From NCBI GenBank assembly GCA_965223945.1, contig CBDCXW010000005.1, positions 2,244 to 66,243 on the forward strand: a stretch of DNA of 64,000 bases. Direction: 5' to 3'. This document shows positions 52,847 through 63,104 of the stretch, in pieces. Position 1 is the first letter of the stretch. Each line of letters begins with the position of its first letter. Made by a program: the position numbers and the translations under genes. Origin of the DNA: Dehalococcoidia bacterium. Lineage in GTDB: Bacteria > Chloroflexota > Dehalococcoidia > Lucifugimonadales > CATQGZ01. Below the pieces are notes generated by a model. The model had not been told where the DNA came from. It did not search any database and saw only the letters and a list, made by a program, of their open reading frames with translations.

Positions 52847-53854
52847 ATGGCAAAGCACAAGATATCCGTTATCGCCCCGACTGATCCCAACCTGACTCTC
52901 GTGGAGGCTGGCCTTGCGGGCCTCGACTACGAGCTGGACGTCAATGTGTGCTCCAGCATCGGAGAGACCATCGAGGCCGTCAAGGGAGCGGACGTCATCA
53001 TCCACATGCTGCTCCCCATGCCGACAGAGGTCGTCGAGGCAATCGACACGGCCCGCGCCATCGTCACAGGCAGCCACGGGTTCGACCGCATAGACTACGA
53101 GACCGCCACCAAGAAGCGGATAATGGTCGTGAACAGCGCGGGCTTCTGCACCGAGGAGGTCTCGAACCACACGATCATGTTCCTCCTGGCCTGCGCCAAG
53201 AGCCTCGTCCAGCTCGACAAGAAGGTGCGAGCGGGCGGATGGAGGACGGACGTCATGCCGGTGCTGCCCCCCATAGACGGGCAGACCCTGGGAATAGTCG
53301 GCCTCGGCAACATCGGCCGAGCCACGGCCCGTAAGGCCCAGGCTTTCGGCCTCCACGTCATCTCGTACGACCCCTACGTCCCAAGCTGGATTCCGAAGGA
53401 GTACCGGGTCGAGATGGTCGCCAGTCTCGATGAGCTCGCTTCGAGGTCGGACTACGTGTCGATACTGGTGCCGCTCAACGGCGAGACGAAGGGATTGATC
53501 GGCGAGTCGTTCTTCGAGGCCATGAAGCCCACGGCCTTCTTCATAAACACCTGCAGAGGACCGACGGTCGACGAGGCCGCGCTGATCAAGACCCTCAAGG
53601 AAGACCGCATCGCCGGCGCCGGCCTGGATGTATTCGAGCAGGAGCCCCCGGCGCGGGACAATCCCCTGTTCGAGCTGGACAATGTGATCCTGACGCCGCA
53701 CTCGGCCGGGACTTCGACCGCCTCCGCTCCGGCGTCGCTCATCAGAGTCGGCGAGGAGACGGCGCGCATCCTTAAGGGCACCTGGCCGATGTCACTAGTC
53801 AACCCCGAGGTGCGGTCCAGCATCGAGGCCCGTCCGTCCGCCGTGACTGCGTAG
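52847..53854 (+). CDS. D-isomer-specific 2-hydroxyacid dehydrogenase family protein
   Basis: NAD-binding LGIVGLGNIGRATARKAQAFGLHVISYDPY. Catalytic region FINTCRGPTVDE...AGLDVFEQEP...NVILTPHSAG. Confidence 0.85.
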   Translation: MAKHKISVIAPTDPNLTLVEAGLAGLDYELDVNVCSSIGETIEAVKGADVIIHMLLPMPTEVVEAIDTARAIVTGSHGFDRIDYETATKKRIMVVNSAGFCTEEVSNHTIMFLLACAKSLVQLDKKVRAGGWRTDVMPVLPPIDGQTLGIVGLGNIGRATARKAQAFGLHVISYDPYVPSWIPKEYRVEMVASLDELASRSDYVSILVPLNGETKGLIGESFFEAMKPTAFFINTCRGPTVDEAALIKTLKEDRIAGAGLDVFEQEPPARDNPLFELDNVILTPHSAGTSTASAPASLIRVGEETARILKGTWPMSLVNPEVRSSIEARPSAVTA

Positions 53855-53872
53855 GGGCTGGTCTCGCCTCCC

Positions 53873-54913
53873 TCACGGCACCGAGAGCACCAGCTTGCCG
53901 AAGAACCCGCGCGCCTCCATCGCCTCGTGCGCCTTCCCGGCTTCGGACAGCGGGAAGGTCTGGTGGACGACACCGCGCAGCACTCCCCTGCCCGCCATCT
54001 CGACGATGCGCGGGAGGTCGGCCATCCGCCCCATGAACGCGCCGAAGACCGTCTGGTTCTTGAGGAAGAGCAGACCCATCTGCAGCTCGGACTTGTAGCC
54101 CGAGGTCACGCCGCAGATCCCGTACCGACCTCCCGCGGCGAGGGACGGCATGGCGTAGGCCCAGGCGTCCGTCCCTACGTGATCGAGCACCACGTCTACC
54201 CCGCGCCTGCCCGTGATCTCCTTGAGCCGGGCACCCGTGTCTTCCCTGGTGTAGTCGATCACCTCATCGGCGCCGAGGTCGCGGGCCAGCCCCGCCTTCT
54301 CCTCGGAGCTGGTAGTGGCTATCACCTTCGCCCCGACCACCTGCTTCGCCACCTGGATCGCCGCAGAGCCGACGCCGCTGGACGCAGAAACGATCAGGAC
54401 GGTCTCCCACGGCCGCAGCTGGGCCCGTCGCACGAGGATCGTCCACGACGGAAGGAATACCGTCGGAATGGATGCCGCCTCCTCGTATGCGAGGCCGTCC
54501 GGGAGTACGACTGCGCTCGTCCCCCGCGCGGTGACAAACTCGGCGTAGCCGCCGTTTCGAGTCGAGCCCAGCATTTCGGGCCGCACGCACAGCTCGTCGT
54601 CGGCGCCGAGGCATTGATCACACTGCCGGCACGTCGCCTTCGGATTGAGCACCACCCGGTCGCCGACCCGCACCCGCGTGACCTCGCCGCCGACCTCGAC
54701 CACGTCTCCAGCCACGTCGGCGCCCAGGACGTGCGGCCCTGAGAACTCCATCCGTGTCCCCCGGACCCCCTGCCGCGTGAACAGGTCCAGGCGATTCAGC
54801 GCGCAGGCGCGGACGCGCACCTTGATTTCGTTGGGTCCGGGCTCTGGCTCGGGAAGGTCGCCGTACTTCAGCACCTCCGGCCCGCCGTGTTCTTCCAGGT
54901 AGACTGCTTTCAA
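53873..54913 (-). CDS. zinc-type alcohol dehydrogenase / quinone oxidoreductase (MDR superfamily)
   Basis: MKAVYLEEHGGPEVLKYGDLPEPEPGPNEIKVRVRACALNRLD, C..C..C structural-zinc-like CRQCDQCLGADDELC, and cofactor motif SASSGVGSAAIQ. Confidence 0.85.
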   Translation of the reverse strand: MKAVYLEEHGGPEVLKYGDLPEPEPGPNEIKVRVRACALNRLDLFTRQGVRGTRMEFSGPHVLGADVAGDVVEVGGEVTRVRVGDRVVLNPKATCRQCDQCLGADDELCVRPEMLGSTRNGGYAEFVTARGTSAVVLPDGLAYEEAASIPTVFLPSWTILVRRAQLRPWETVLIVSASSGVGSAAIQVAKQVVGAKVIATTSSEEKAGLARDLGADEVIDYTREDTGARLKEITGRRGVDVVLDHVGTDAWAYAMPSLAAGGRYGICGVTSGYKSELQMGLLFLKNQTVFGAFMGRMADLPRIVEMAGRGVLRGVVHQTFPLSEAGKAHEAMEARGFFGKLVLSVP

Positions 54914-54926
54914 AATCGATCTCCCC

Positions 54927-55880
54927 TCAGGCCATCAGCGGCCTAACCACAGTGGCAAATCGCTCCATGCGCTCCAACCTGGCATCCAGGTCCGGCGCTC
55001 CGAAGCCCAGCATGAGACAGCCGACGCCCAAGTCTTCAAGCCTGGCTACGTCCTCTGCGATCCGCGCTGGATCCCCGGTCAGGATACGCCTCTCGCCGTT
55101 CGCAAGGAAAGCCTCCCCCGTATCGTCGTACCATGCGACGCTCCAGGCGACCTCTATCTCCGTTGGGTCTCGCCCTGCTTCGGTGGCAAACTCGCGCAGG
55201 CGCGAGACGTACTCCGAGAGCTGCCGGGAAGTCCCCACCGGATGTCTCGGATTGCTCCCGATGGGGTACCACCCATCCCCCAGGCGGGCCGCCCGCCGCA
55301 GGGCGAGGCCGCTCTCACCTCCGATCCATATGGGCGGATGAGGCCTCTGCACCGGCTTCGGCTCAAATATGACGTCTGAGAAGCCAACGTACTCGCCGGC
55401 GAACGCCGGGTTGTCGCTCGTCCAGAGCTCTTTGAAGGCGCGGACGTACTCGTCGGCGACGGCTCCCCGCCGCTCGTAGGCGGGCGCGCCCAGCGCCTCA
55501 AACTCCTCACGCATCCAACCGACCCCGCACCCCGCTATCAGCCGTCCCCCTGACAGCAGGTCGATCGTCGTCAGTACCTTGGCCATGTGGACCGGGCTGC
55601 GGTACGGCAACACCATGACGGACGTCAGCAGGCGCATCGTCGACGTGTGGGCGGCGATGAAGCTGAGAACGGTGAGTTGCTCGAGACAGTCGCCGGGGCC
55701 ACCGCCGTACTTGCCGTCAGCGGTGTAAGGATATCGTGAATCGACGCGGCGCGGGATCACTATGTGGTCGCCGACGCCGACGATGTCGAAGCCCATTCGC
55801 TCGCCGTGCCTGACCAGTCTGGCCAGAGCCTCGGGAGTCGCGCCGTCCCCGCCTATGGGCGCCTCGAATCCAAACCTCAC
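54927..55880 (-). CDS. LLM-class (luciferase-like) F420/flavin-dependent oxidoreductase
   Basis: RFGFE start, GFDIVGVGDHIV, TIDLLSGGRLIAGCGVGWMREEFEALG, PHPPIWIGG. Start set at the GTG 6 nt after AGGAGG, overlapping the upstream gene stop (GTGA). Confidence 0.8.
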   Translation of the reverse strand: MRFGFEAPIGGDGATPEALARLVRHGERMGFDIVGVGDHIVIPRRVDSRYPYTADGKYGGGPGDCLEQLTVLSFIAAHTSTMRLLTSVMVLPYRSPVHMAKVLTTIDLLSGGRLIAGCGVGWMREEFEALGAPAYERRGAVADEYVRAFKELWTSDNPAFAGEYVGFSDVIFEPKPVQRPHPPIWIGGESGLALRRAARLGDGWYPIGSNPRHPVGTSRQLSEYVSRLREFATEAGRDPTEIEVAWSVAWYDDTGEAFLANGERRILTGDPARIAEDVARLEDLGVGCLMLGFGAPDLDARLERMERFATVVRPLMA

Positions 55881-56692
55881 CGCACACCTCCTATGTCCGG
55901 AGCCGAGATGAAGCCCGCCAACGCGTCGAAGTACGAGTCGGCGCCGACCAGGTAGGTGTCGCTGTGTCCGGCGCCCGGAACGGTCAGGAACCTCTTGGGC
56001 TCCCTGGCCGCCTCCCACAACTCGCGGCCCACGTCGATGGGAATAACGTCGTCCCGGTCTCCGTGTATCACCATGAGAGGAGCCTTGACACGGTCGATCT
56101 TCGATAGAGAGTCGAACCGGCTCTTGATGACGACTCCGACGGGAAGCAGGGCGGTAAGCAGCGGGTTGGAGCGCTTCGACATGGCCCGGACGGACGTAAA
56201 CGGCGCCTCCAGTACCAGCGCCCTCGACTCATGCCGTGTCGACATCTCCACGGCGACCGCGCACCCCAACGAGCGACCGAAGAGTACCATCTGCTCCTTC
56301 GGGTCGAATTCGGGCCGCGCCTTCAGGTACGCGATGGCGGCGTCCGCGTCCCTGTACAGGCCCTCCTCAGAAGGCGTGCCGCCGCTTCGGCCGTACCCGC
56401 GGTAGTCGAAGATGAAGACCCCAATTCCGAGAAGACGGTGGAGCATGAGGATGTTCGAAGCCCGATGGCTGATGTTCCCGGCGTTTCCGTGGAGCCACAG
56501 GAGCACCGTATCGGTACGGCCCGGAATGAACCATCCATGGAGGCGAACACCGTCCGAGGCGTCGAAAAAGATATCCTCGAACTCCAGACCCAAGTCGCCT
56601 GGATCGCCCAGCATCTCCCGGCTGGGGAAGAATACAAACAGCCTGTCGAACAAGCTCGTTCCCTGTCTGTTCCTGAAGATAGGCGTACCCAT
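55877..56692 (-). CDS. alpha/beta hydrolase (Bem46/ABHD13-like, S9/S33-type)
   Basis: LWLHGNAGNISHR, FIFDYRGYGRSGG, nucleophile elbow FGRSLG, and C-terminal HGDRDDVIP ... GAGHSD. Confidence 0.8.
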   Translation of the reverse strand: MGTPIFRNRQGTSLFDRLFVFFPSREMLGDPGDLGLEFEDIFFDASDGVRLHGWFIPGRTDTVLLWLHGNAGNISHRASNILMLHRLLGIGVFIFDYRGYGRSGGTPSEEGLYRDADAAIAYLKARPEFDPKEQMVLFGRSLGCAVAVEMSTRHESRALVLEAPFTSVRAMSKRSNPLLTALLPVGVVIKSRFDSLSKIDRVKAPLMVIHGDRDDVIPIDVGRELWEAAREPKRFLTVPGAGHSDTYLVGADSYFDALAGFISAPDIGGVR

Positions 56693-56805
56693 CAGAATGT
56701 AGCATCAATACGGGGGCACGACAACGCACGGGGCGGCCACTGCTATAATCACGCCATCCCGCACCGACTGTCCCGAACGTGTCGAAGGACACTCCACCTC
56801 GCCCG

Positions 56806-57648
56806 ATGATTATCGACTTCCATACCCACATCTTCCCTGCCGACGTGCGCCGGCGAAGGGAGCACTACCTCAAGACCGACTCCACCTTCGCTGAGCTGTA
56901 CTCGGACCCTCGGGCAAGGATGGCCGCCGCAGAGGACATCATCAAGGCAATGGACCGCGACGGCGTGGACGCCTCGGTCGTGATGGGAATAGGCTGGACC
57001 GATCCTGCCTTGGCCCTGGAGGCCAACGACTACATCATCGACTCGGTACGAGCCTACCCGAACAGGCTGATCGGCTTCGCATCGGTGGACCCCGGCAGGG
57101 GTGCACCGGCGGCTACCGAGGTCGACCGATGCACACGCGCCGGACTGCGCGGAGTCGGCGAGCTGCACCCCGACACGCAGTCGTTCGACCTCGGTAGTAG
57201 GGCCGTCATGGCTCCTCTGATGGAGGCGGTCCTGGAGCACGATCTTATCGTCACGACTCACTCCTCCGAGCCGGTGGGCCACATGTACGCCGGAAAGGGA
57301 GAGACGAGGCCTGAGGAGGTCTGGCGGTTCGTCCAGCACTTTCCCAGCGCGCGGATCGTGTGCGCCCACTGGGGCGGCGGCCTGCCGTTCTACGCGTTGA
57401 TGCCCGAGGTGCGCGACGGCCTGGAGAACGTCTACTTCGACACGGCGGCGTCGCCGTTCCTGTACGACTCCCGGGTGTTCGAGGCGGCGGCCGGACTGGT
57501 CGGCCCCGGCAAGATACTCATGGGGAGCGACTTCCCATTGATGCCCGCCGCCCGGCTGCTGGACCAGATAGACGAGTCCGGCCTGTCGGCCGAGGATGCC
57601 AAGGCTGTCAAAGGAGGCAATGGGGCAAGGCTGCTCGGCCTAGCCTAG
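56806..57648 (+). CDS. amidohydrolase-2 family metal-dependent hydrolase (TIM barrel)
   Basis: MIIDFHTHIFP metal-binding start, later HSSEP and CAHWGGG, and MGSDFP near the C-terminus. An alternative GTG start at 56779 is possible. Confidence 0.8.
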   Translation: MIIDFHTHIFPADVRRRREHYLKTDSTFAELYSDPRARMAAAEDIIKAMDRDGVDASVVMGIGWTDPALALEANDYIIDSVRAYPNRLIGFASVDPGRGAPAATEVDRCTRAGLRGVGELHPDTQSFDLGSRAVMAPLMEAVLEHDLIVTTHSSEPVGHMYAGKGETRPEEVWRFVQHFPSARIVCAHWGGGLPFYALMPEVRDGLENVYFDTAASPFLYDSRVFEAAAGLVGPGKILMGSDFPLMPAARLLDQIDESGLSAEDAKAVKGGNGARLLGLA

Positions 57649-57663
57649 CCTGGCTCGCCGACC

Positions 57664-58860
57664 TCAACCATCCCGCTTGGGGTGAAATATTCCGAAGGAG
57701 CTGGTGTAGCTGTGCAGGTAGGTCGAGCCGCCGACCTGCCCTATCTCCCCGTTGCAGAAGAACCCGCCCAGGGGCAGCTGGCCCACCCTGTCGCGGAACA
57801 TGTCCGTATCGTGATCAGCTCTTCCATAAAGGTACGACCCACGGCCAAGACATGAGAAGAGCAGCGCGCCCGAATCGTAGTCTTCCGCCCTGCTGCCAGT
57901 GGCGTAACGAGTAAGCAATTCATCCAGGTCTCTTGCCGATGTCTCGGCATCGCGAAGATGGAACTGCGCGAGCTGTCCCTCTTCCAGCTTCTCTGCCACA
58001 GCGAGCGCCCCCCTGCGGGCGTCGAAGCCCGCCAGGTTCCGGACCAGGAAATCGCCGATCTGCGGCTCTTCGTTGAATGGGTCCATCACGATACCCATGA
58101 AGAGCGATTGCTGCGCAAGCGCCTTGTCCCGCTCGTCCAGGCCAGCGAACGTCTCCCGAAGCGCTTCCATTGCGGGCCGTCCGTCCAGCTCATTGAGGAT
58201 GCTCCCATTGCATCCGGTGATGCGCATTGGCCGGCCAATCGGGCGGCATCCCTGGGCGACTACGGTGTCGACTTCGATGTTGCCGTACATCGCGAGACCC
58301 GCGACGCCCCACCGGTGGACATCCCGGCCCAGGAACAGGGCGTTGCCTTCGGGCCTGGCTGCCCCACTGGCCAGCCCTCCGAGCTTCGGACTCTGGGGGA
58401 AGGCAAAGTCCAGACCGGCGAGCAGCCTGTCCCCGCGTACGCTGAAAGGGTCCGCCAGGAGCAGGAACAGCGGACGGTTCCGTGCCTCGACCTCGACGAC
58501 CGACTCCCACTCGCTGGGGGCCGCGTCTCCATCCGGCAGCACGGACTCGTTGTCGATGTGAAAGGGGACGATCTGCACGCCCCGCAGGTCCGCCGCGGTC
58601 ATCGCGACTCCCGGCCGGTTCTCGACCTCTCTCCCCGATCCTATCACTCCCCCGGCGGAGCAGCCGATTACCATGACCGGCCCCATCTTCTCGTCCACCA
58701 GGGCCGGGACGCGCTCGAACTCGGCCTCATGATGCGCGGAAACGAACGTGACTGCTAGGCTGACGGAGGCCGGAGCTATGTCCTCGTGGATCCGCTCGGC
58801 ACAGTCGCCTATGGCGTCGGCCAAGACAGGCGCCTCGGAAATCGCGGAGAACCATCTCAT
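57664..58860 (-). CDS. FIST (N and C) domain sensory protein
   Basis: From MRWFSAISEAP. VTFVSAHH...VIGCSAGGVIG and C-terminal GALLFSCLGRG..LYG..DHD...LPLGGFFCNGEIG are typical FIST_N/FIST_C blocks. The upstream 217-codon extension of the ORF overlaps thpR on the other strand and is rejected. Confidence 0.75.
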   Translation of the reverse strand: MRWFSAISEAPVLADAIGDCAERIHEDIAPASVSLAVTFVSAHHEAEFERVPALVDEKMGPVMVIGCSAGGVIGSGREVENRPGVAMTAADLRGVQIVPFHIDNESVLPDGDAAPSEWESVVEVEARNRPLFLLLADPFSVRGDRLLAGLDFAFPQSPKLGGLASGAARPEGNALFLGRDVHRWGVAGLAMYGNIEVDTVVAQGCRPIGRPMRITGCNGSILNELDGRPAMEALRETFAGLDERDKALAQQSLFMGIVMDPFNEEPQIGDFLVRNLAGFDARRGALAVAEKLEEGQLAQFHLRDAETSARDLDELLTRYATGSRAEDYDSGALLFSCLGRGSYLYGRADHDTDMFRDRVGQLPLGGFFCNGEIGQVGGSTYLHSYTSSFGIFHPKRDG

Positions 58861-58911
58861 CGCTCTTCCCCCCGTCCACAGTGTAGCAGAGCGCAATGGT
58901 AGGATTCTCCC

Positions 58912-59487
58912 ATGGTCGAGACTGTCAGAGCCTTCGTTGCCGCCGACCTCCCGCCGGAGGTCGTGAACGAGCTTGCGCGGTTGGTTTCTGCCCTGGCCGA
59001 GGCGCGTGTCAGGGGGCTGAGGCCTGTGAGACCCGAGGGCGTACATCTCACGCTCAAGTTCCTGGGCAGCGTGCCGCAAAGCGAGGTCCCGGCGGTAACG
59101 TCCGCCATATCGTCCGTCGTCAAGCAACACCGGCCCTTCGCGCTGGACATCGGAGGCTTCGGGGCCTACCCGGGAGATCACTCGCCGAGGGTGCTGTGGG
59201 CCGGGGTCAGCGGCCCGAAGACGCTGCTCAGACTCCGGGCGGACATCGAAGAGTCCCTGACTTCCCTGGGATTCGCCGCTGACCGACGTCTCTGGTCGCC
59301 TCACCTTACGCTGGCCCGGATCAGAGACGGTACGAGCAAGCGAGACCGGCGACTGGCGTGGGAGGCGCTTGCCAACCTGGAGGCCATTTCGCGAAGAACC
59401 GCCGTCTCCAGCGTCAGCCTCGTGGCCAGCCGGCTCACCGCCAAGGGCGCAGTCTACAGCACCATCGGAAGCTTCAAAATGGCGTAG
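58912..59487 (+). CDS. thpR: RNA 2',3'-cyclic phosphodiesterase (2H phosphoesterase, LigT/ThpR)
   Basis: Two H-x-T-x motifs (HLTLKFLG and HLTLARI) at the expected spacing, and an N-terminal RAFVAADLP. Confidence 0.85.
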   Translation: MVETVRAFVAADLPPEVVNELARLVSALAEARVRGLRPVRPEGVHLTLKFLGSVPQSEVPAVTSAISSVVKQHRPFALDIGGFGAYPGDHSPRVLWAGVSGPKTLLRLRADIEESLTSLGFAADRRLWSPHLTLARIRDGTSKRDRRLAWEALANLEAISRRTAVSSVSLVASRLTAKGAVYSTIGSFKMA

Positions 59488-59504
59488 GACATTAATTCGT
59501 ATTC

Positions 59505-59534
59505 TTGACACTCACATCGCTGAAGTGCTAAGAT
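59505..59534 (+). promoter_or_regulatory. putative sigma70-type promoter upstream of citrate synthase (TTGACA - 18 nt - TAAGAT)
   Basis: TTGACA at 59505-59510 and TAAGAT at 59529-59534. Leaves a leader of about 130 nt before the ATG at 59669. Confidence 0.4.
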
Positions 59535-59668
59535 TCACGCGTCGGCGCAGGCTCTTGCAGACCCTTTTGGACCTCATGATCCATGCCCCGAGGCGTTACC
59601 ACCGCTCTCCGAGACTGGGGCGTAACTTCCCGTAGTCTCTCAAGATCGCTAGGTCTGAGTGCACCGAA

Positions 59669-60808
59669 ATGACCGACAACAACGTCGAGCTCAAGAGGGG
59701 CCTGCGGGACATCTATATCGACCGGACCGAGTCGAGCTTCATCGACGGCAAGGCCGGCAAGCTCCTCTACCGCGGCTACAATATACACGACCTCGCGACG
59801 CAGTCCTCCTTCGAAGAGATCACCTACCTCATGCTGTATGGAGCTCTGCCCACTGCGGCACAGCTCTCTGAGCTGGATGCCACGCTGAGGGCGAGCCGGG
59901 AGATACCCCAACCGGTCATCGAAGTCATCCGGCAGATCGGTCACTCCCACCCAATGGACGTGCTGCGCACCGCCGTTTCGGCGCTCGCGGCTTTCGACCC
60001 CGAGACGGACGACGACTCTCCCGCCGCCTCCCTTCGGAAGGGGGCGCGGATTACGGCACAGGTGCCCACGGTTGTCGCCGCCCACGCTCGGATCAGAGAC
60101 GGTAAGGACGCAGTCGCCCCGGACGAGAATCTCAGTCACGCCGGCAATTTCCTCTACATGCTGTTCGGCGAACTCCCGAAGTCGGAAGACACCAGCCTGA
60201 TCGACCGTGACCTGGTGCTGCACGCCGACCACGGGATCAACGCGTCGGCGTTCACCTCCCGCGTCGCCGCCTCCACCCGTACCGACATCCACGCGGCGAT
60301 CACGGCAGGCGTTGCCGCTCTCAAGGGCCCGATACACGGTGGTGCGGCGGAAGGGGTCATGAAGATGGCCCAGGCGATCGGAAGCAGGGACCGGGTACGG
60401 GACTACGTCAAGGAGCTTCGCAGCCAGGGCAAGCCGGTCATGGGCTTCGGCCACCCCGTATACAAGGCCCTGGACCCCCGGTCCGTTCACCTCAGGGACG
60501 GCGCGAGAGCCCTGAGTGATCGGAAGGGCCGCCCGGAGTGGTTCTCCGTCTTGGAGGAGGTCCTGAAGGTCATGGAGCCGTACGCCAGGAAGGGCGTGCA
60601 TCCGAACGTCGACTTCTGGTCTGGCGCCGTCTACTCGCTCCTCGGCATCTCGGACGACCTGTTCATATCCATATTCGCCATCGGACGTATTCCGGGGTGG
60701 ACATCCCAGATCATGGAGCAATACTCCGCCAACTACATCATCCGCCCGAGGCTGCTCTACAGCGGCCCGATGGATGCAACATACATCCCAATAGATGAGC
60801 GGGCCTAG
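59669..60808 (+). CDS. citrate synthase (small, type I / 2-methylcitrate synthase-like)
   Basis: GLRDIYIDRTESSFIDG..G.LLYRGY.I.DLA, LVLHADHGINAS, GPIHGGAAE and VMGFGHPVYKALDPR are citrate synthase catalytic blocks. Confidence 0.9.
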   Translation: MTDNNVELKRGLRDIYIDRTESSFIDGKAGKLLYRGYNIHDLATQSSFEEITYLMLYGALPTAAQLSELDATLRASREIPQPVIEVIRQIGHSHPMDVLRTAVSALAAFDPETDDDSPAASLRKGARITAQVPTVVAAHARIRDGKDAVAPDENLSHAGNFLYMLFGELPKSEDTSLIDRDLVLHADHGINASAFTSRVAASTRTDIHAAITAGVAALKGPIHGGAAEGVMKMAQAIGSRDRVRDYVKELRSQGKPVMGFGHPVYKALDPRSVHLRDGARALSDRKGRPEWFSVLEEVLKVMEPYARKGVHPNVDFWSGAVYSLLGISDDLFISIFAIGRIPGWTSQIMEQYSANYIIRPRLLYSGPMDATYIPIDERA

Positions 60809-60838
60809 TTGCCCACTACAGGATCGGAGGGAACCGAC

Positions 60839-61039
60839 GTGATAGAGCAGGACAGGCAAACTTCCGACTGTGAGCACCACTGGGTAATCGAGAGCCCCAA
60901 CGGGCCCACCAGCACCGGTGTATGCAAGGTATGTGGAGAGAGCTCAGAGTTCAAGAACTCCATGCCGGGGTCCGGATGGGACCGCAACGGCGCCCACAGG
61001 AAGCGCGCTCGACAGGCCAGCGCGCAGGCGAAGAGATAG
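60839..61039 (+). CDS. small zinc-ribbon-like protein with basic tail
   Basis: 66 aa from the GTG 7 nt after GGAGGG. CEHHW...CKVCG metal-binding-like pairs and a C-terminal HRKRARQASAQAKR. Function unknown. Confidence 0.4.
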   Translation: MIEQDRQTSDCEHHWVIESPNGPTSTGVCKVCGESSEFKNSMPGSGWDRNGAHRKRARQASAQAKR

Positions 61040-61210
61040 GCACCCTAACCTCAAGCTGCCCAACAACCATCAAGCGATCCATAGGGGGAGGATGCCCGCG
61101 GGCATCCTCCCCCTTGCTTTTCACGCAACAGTCCCAAGAGTACCCCGCTACTATGCGGCTTCCACAGGGCCACGGTGATTCCGGCCTCCACCGGAATCCA
61201 GCTTCATGAG

Positions 61211-62398
61211 ATGGACCTGGAAGCACAGATAGAGGCCTGTATCCGGGCCGAAGGCCGTATCACATTCGCCGAGTTCATGGAGGCGGCCCTCTACCACCCG
61301 ACCGGCGGCTTCTACTCGAAGGGAGGCGGCGTCGGCCCCGACTTCTTCACCAGCCCGACCGCCCATCCGGCCTTCGGCGCCCTCATAGCCATTCAGCTTC
61401 GCTCTATGTGGGAGGCCCTGGGTCGGACCTCGCCGATGTACGTCGTCGAGCCGGGCGCAGGGAACGGCCTGCTGGCCGCCGACGTTCTGGCGGCAGCGTC
61501 CGGGAGCTTCGCAGAGGCGCTCGTCTACGTGACCGTCGACCGTGTTGGGAGAGCCACGATTCCGAGCGCGGCACACAGAGTCAAGGCTGAGGGACTCCCT
61601 TTCCGTGGACTCACGGGATGCGTGCTCTCCAACGAGCTCATCGACGCGTTCCCGGTGCACCGTTTCCGCATAGTCGACGGCCGCCTGGACGAGCTGTACG
61701 TCGCATTGGACACCGACGAGGCCCTGATCGACCTCCCAGGCCCGCCCTCATCCGATCTGCACCCTCACATCCGCAGCCTCGACGCGGACCTCCCCGACGG
61801 CTTTAGCGGCGAGGTCTGTCCGGCCATATACCCATGGGCAGCGGAGGTCACCGATGCTCTCGACCGCGGATTCGTCATGACGATCGACTACGGCTACGCG
61901 GGCTCCGAGGTCCTGAGGCCCGACCGCGTCAACGGGACCCTGCAGACCTATCACCGTCACACGCAGGGAGCGGAGCTCTACCAGGCGATCGGCAGCCGGG
62001 ACATCACTGCCGACGTCGACTTCGGACGCCTGGAGGCGGCGGGCGAGGCGGCGGGCTTGCGGACCGTGGGCCGCGTCTCTCAGTCGGATTTCCTCAGGAG
62101 AAACGGCTTCGACGAAATGCTCCACCGGGTCCGACACATGAGCCTTAGCGAGCGGGAGCGCCAAGCCAACCGCATGGGAATGCTCGAGCTGGTAAAGCCG
62201 GAAGGCCTCGGCGGTTTCAAGGTGCTTATCCAGGAGAAGAACACCGGCGTTGACGACATCGGGCAACTCGCCCCGGACTCGTCAGCGGTTAACACGGCGA
62301 ACGTCCCCCTGCTGGGCCCCGACCATACCCCCCTGGCGGCCGGCCGGTACCCTCACGCCGAATGGGAGCCGGGAGACCTCTGGCCCTTCGGCCAGTAG
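61211..62398 (+). CDS. MidA/NDUFAF7-family (DUF185) SAM-dependent methyltransferase
   Basis: ITFAEFMEAALYHPTGGFY, DFFTSPTAHPAFG, VVEPGAGNGLLAADVL and LSNELIDAFPVHRF are characteristic DUF185 blocks. Confidence 0.85.
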   Translation: MDLEAQIEACIRAEGRITFAEFMEAALYHPTGGFYSKGGGVGPDFFTSPTAHPAFGALIAIQLRSMWEALGRTSPMYVVEPGAGNGLLAADVLAAASGSFAEALVYVTVDRVGRATIPSAAHRVKAEGLPFRGLTGCVLSNELIDAFPVHRFRIVDGRLDELYVALDTDEALIDLPGPPSSDLHPHIRSLDADLPDGFSGEVCPAIYPWAAEVTDALDRGFVMTIDYGYAGSEVLRPDRVNGTLQTYHRHTQGAELYQAIGSRDITADVDFGRLEAAGEAAGLRTVGRVSQSDFLRRNGFDEMLHRVRHMSLSERERQANRMGMLELVKPEGLGGFKVLIQEKNTGVDDIGQLAPDSSAVNTANVPLLGPDHTPLAAGRYPHAEWEPGDLWPFGQ

Positions 62399-62415
62399 GC
62401 ATACCCGGAGCGCCT

Positions 62416-62979
62416 CTAAGGATTCAGTCCCAGCTCGGACGCTACAGGCTTCAGCGCGTCGATAACGAAGACGATGTGCTCGTCGAAGCTCACCCCCAGT
62501 TCCTCGGCCCCCATCAGCATGTCCTCGCGGCTCACCGACTTCGCGAACGCCTTGTCCTTCATCTTCTTCTTGACCGACCGGGGCTTGGTGTCTGACAGAC
62601 TCTTGGTCGGCCTGACGAGCGCAACCGCGGTCACGAACCCAGACAGCTCGTCACAGGCGAACAGCGCCTTCTCCATCAGGGTCTCGCGCGGTATGCCCGT
62701 GTGGTTGCCGTGCGACAGGACAGCCCTGACGATCTCCTCAGGAAAGCCGCGCTCCCGCAGGATGTCGGCCCCGAAGTTGGGGTGCGAATCCGGAGTCGGG
62801 CACACCTCCCAGTCGAAGTCGTGGACGAGCCCTGCGATGCCCCACTCTTCCTCGTCCTCTCCCTCCTTGCGCGCGAAGGCGCGCATGCAGGTCTCCACCG
62901 CCAACAGATGCTTCTTAAGGCTGTCGTTTGCGACGTGGTCGTCTACGACCTTCTGGGCGTCTTCCCTCGTAACCATCAT
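62416..62979 (-). CDS. HD-domain phosphohydrolase
   Basis: H...HD pattern (LKKHLLAVE ... AGLVHDFDWE), later HPNFGADIL and LSHGNHTG. Confidence 0.75.
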   Translation of the reverse strand: MMVTREDAQKVVDDHVANDSLKKHLLAVETCMRAFARKEGEDEEEWGIAGLVHDFDWEVCPTPDSHPNFGADILRERGFPEEIVRAVLSHGNHTGIPRETLMEKALFACDELSGFVTAVALVRPTKSLSDTKPRSVKKKMKDKAFAKSVSREDMLMGAEELGVSFDEHIVFVIDALKPVASELGLNP

Positions 62980-63104
62980 GCCTCCTTTTCAAATCCGTCT
63001 TTCCGGCGGAGGCCGGAATCCAGTCCACGGCGGGAGAGGCGGCTCCCAGTGGGAGCGCGGGCGGCTCGCCCGCAGGAGGGCAAGGGCGGCTCTTCGGTCC
63101 TACC

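Noticed and set aside
58861-59511. 217-codon N-terminal extension of the FIST ORF (57664..59511)
   Set aside because: It overlaps the 2H phosphoesterase gene (two HxTx motifs) on the opposite strand. FIST homology begins at MRWFSAISEAP (58860).
59528-60880. 450-aa minus-strand ORF covering the citrate synthase gene
   Set aside because: It is antisense to citrate synthase, which carries the catalytic blocks. Arg/Gly/Val-rich artefact.
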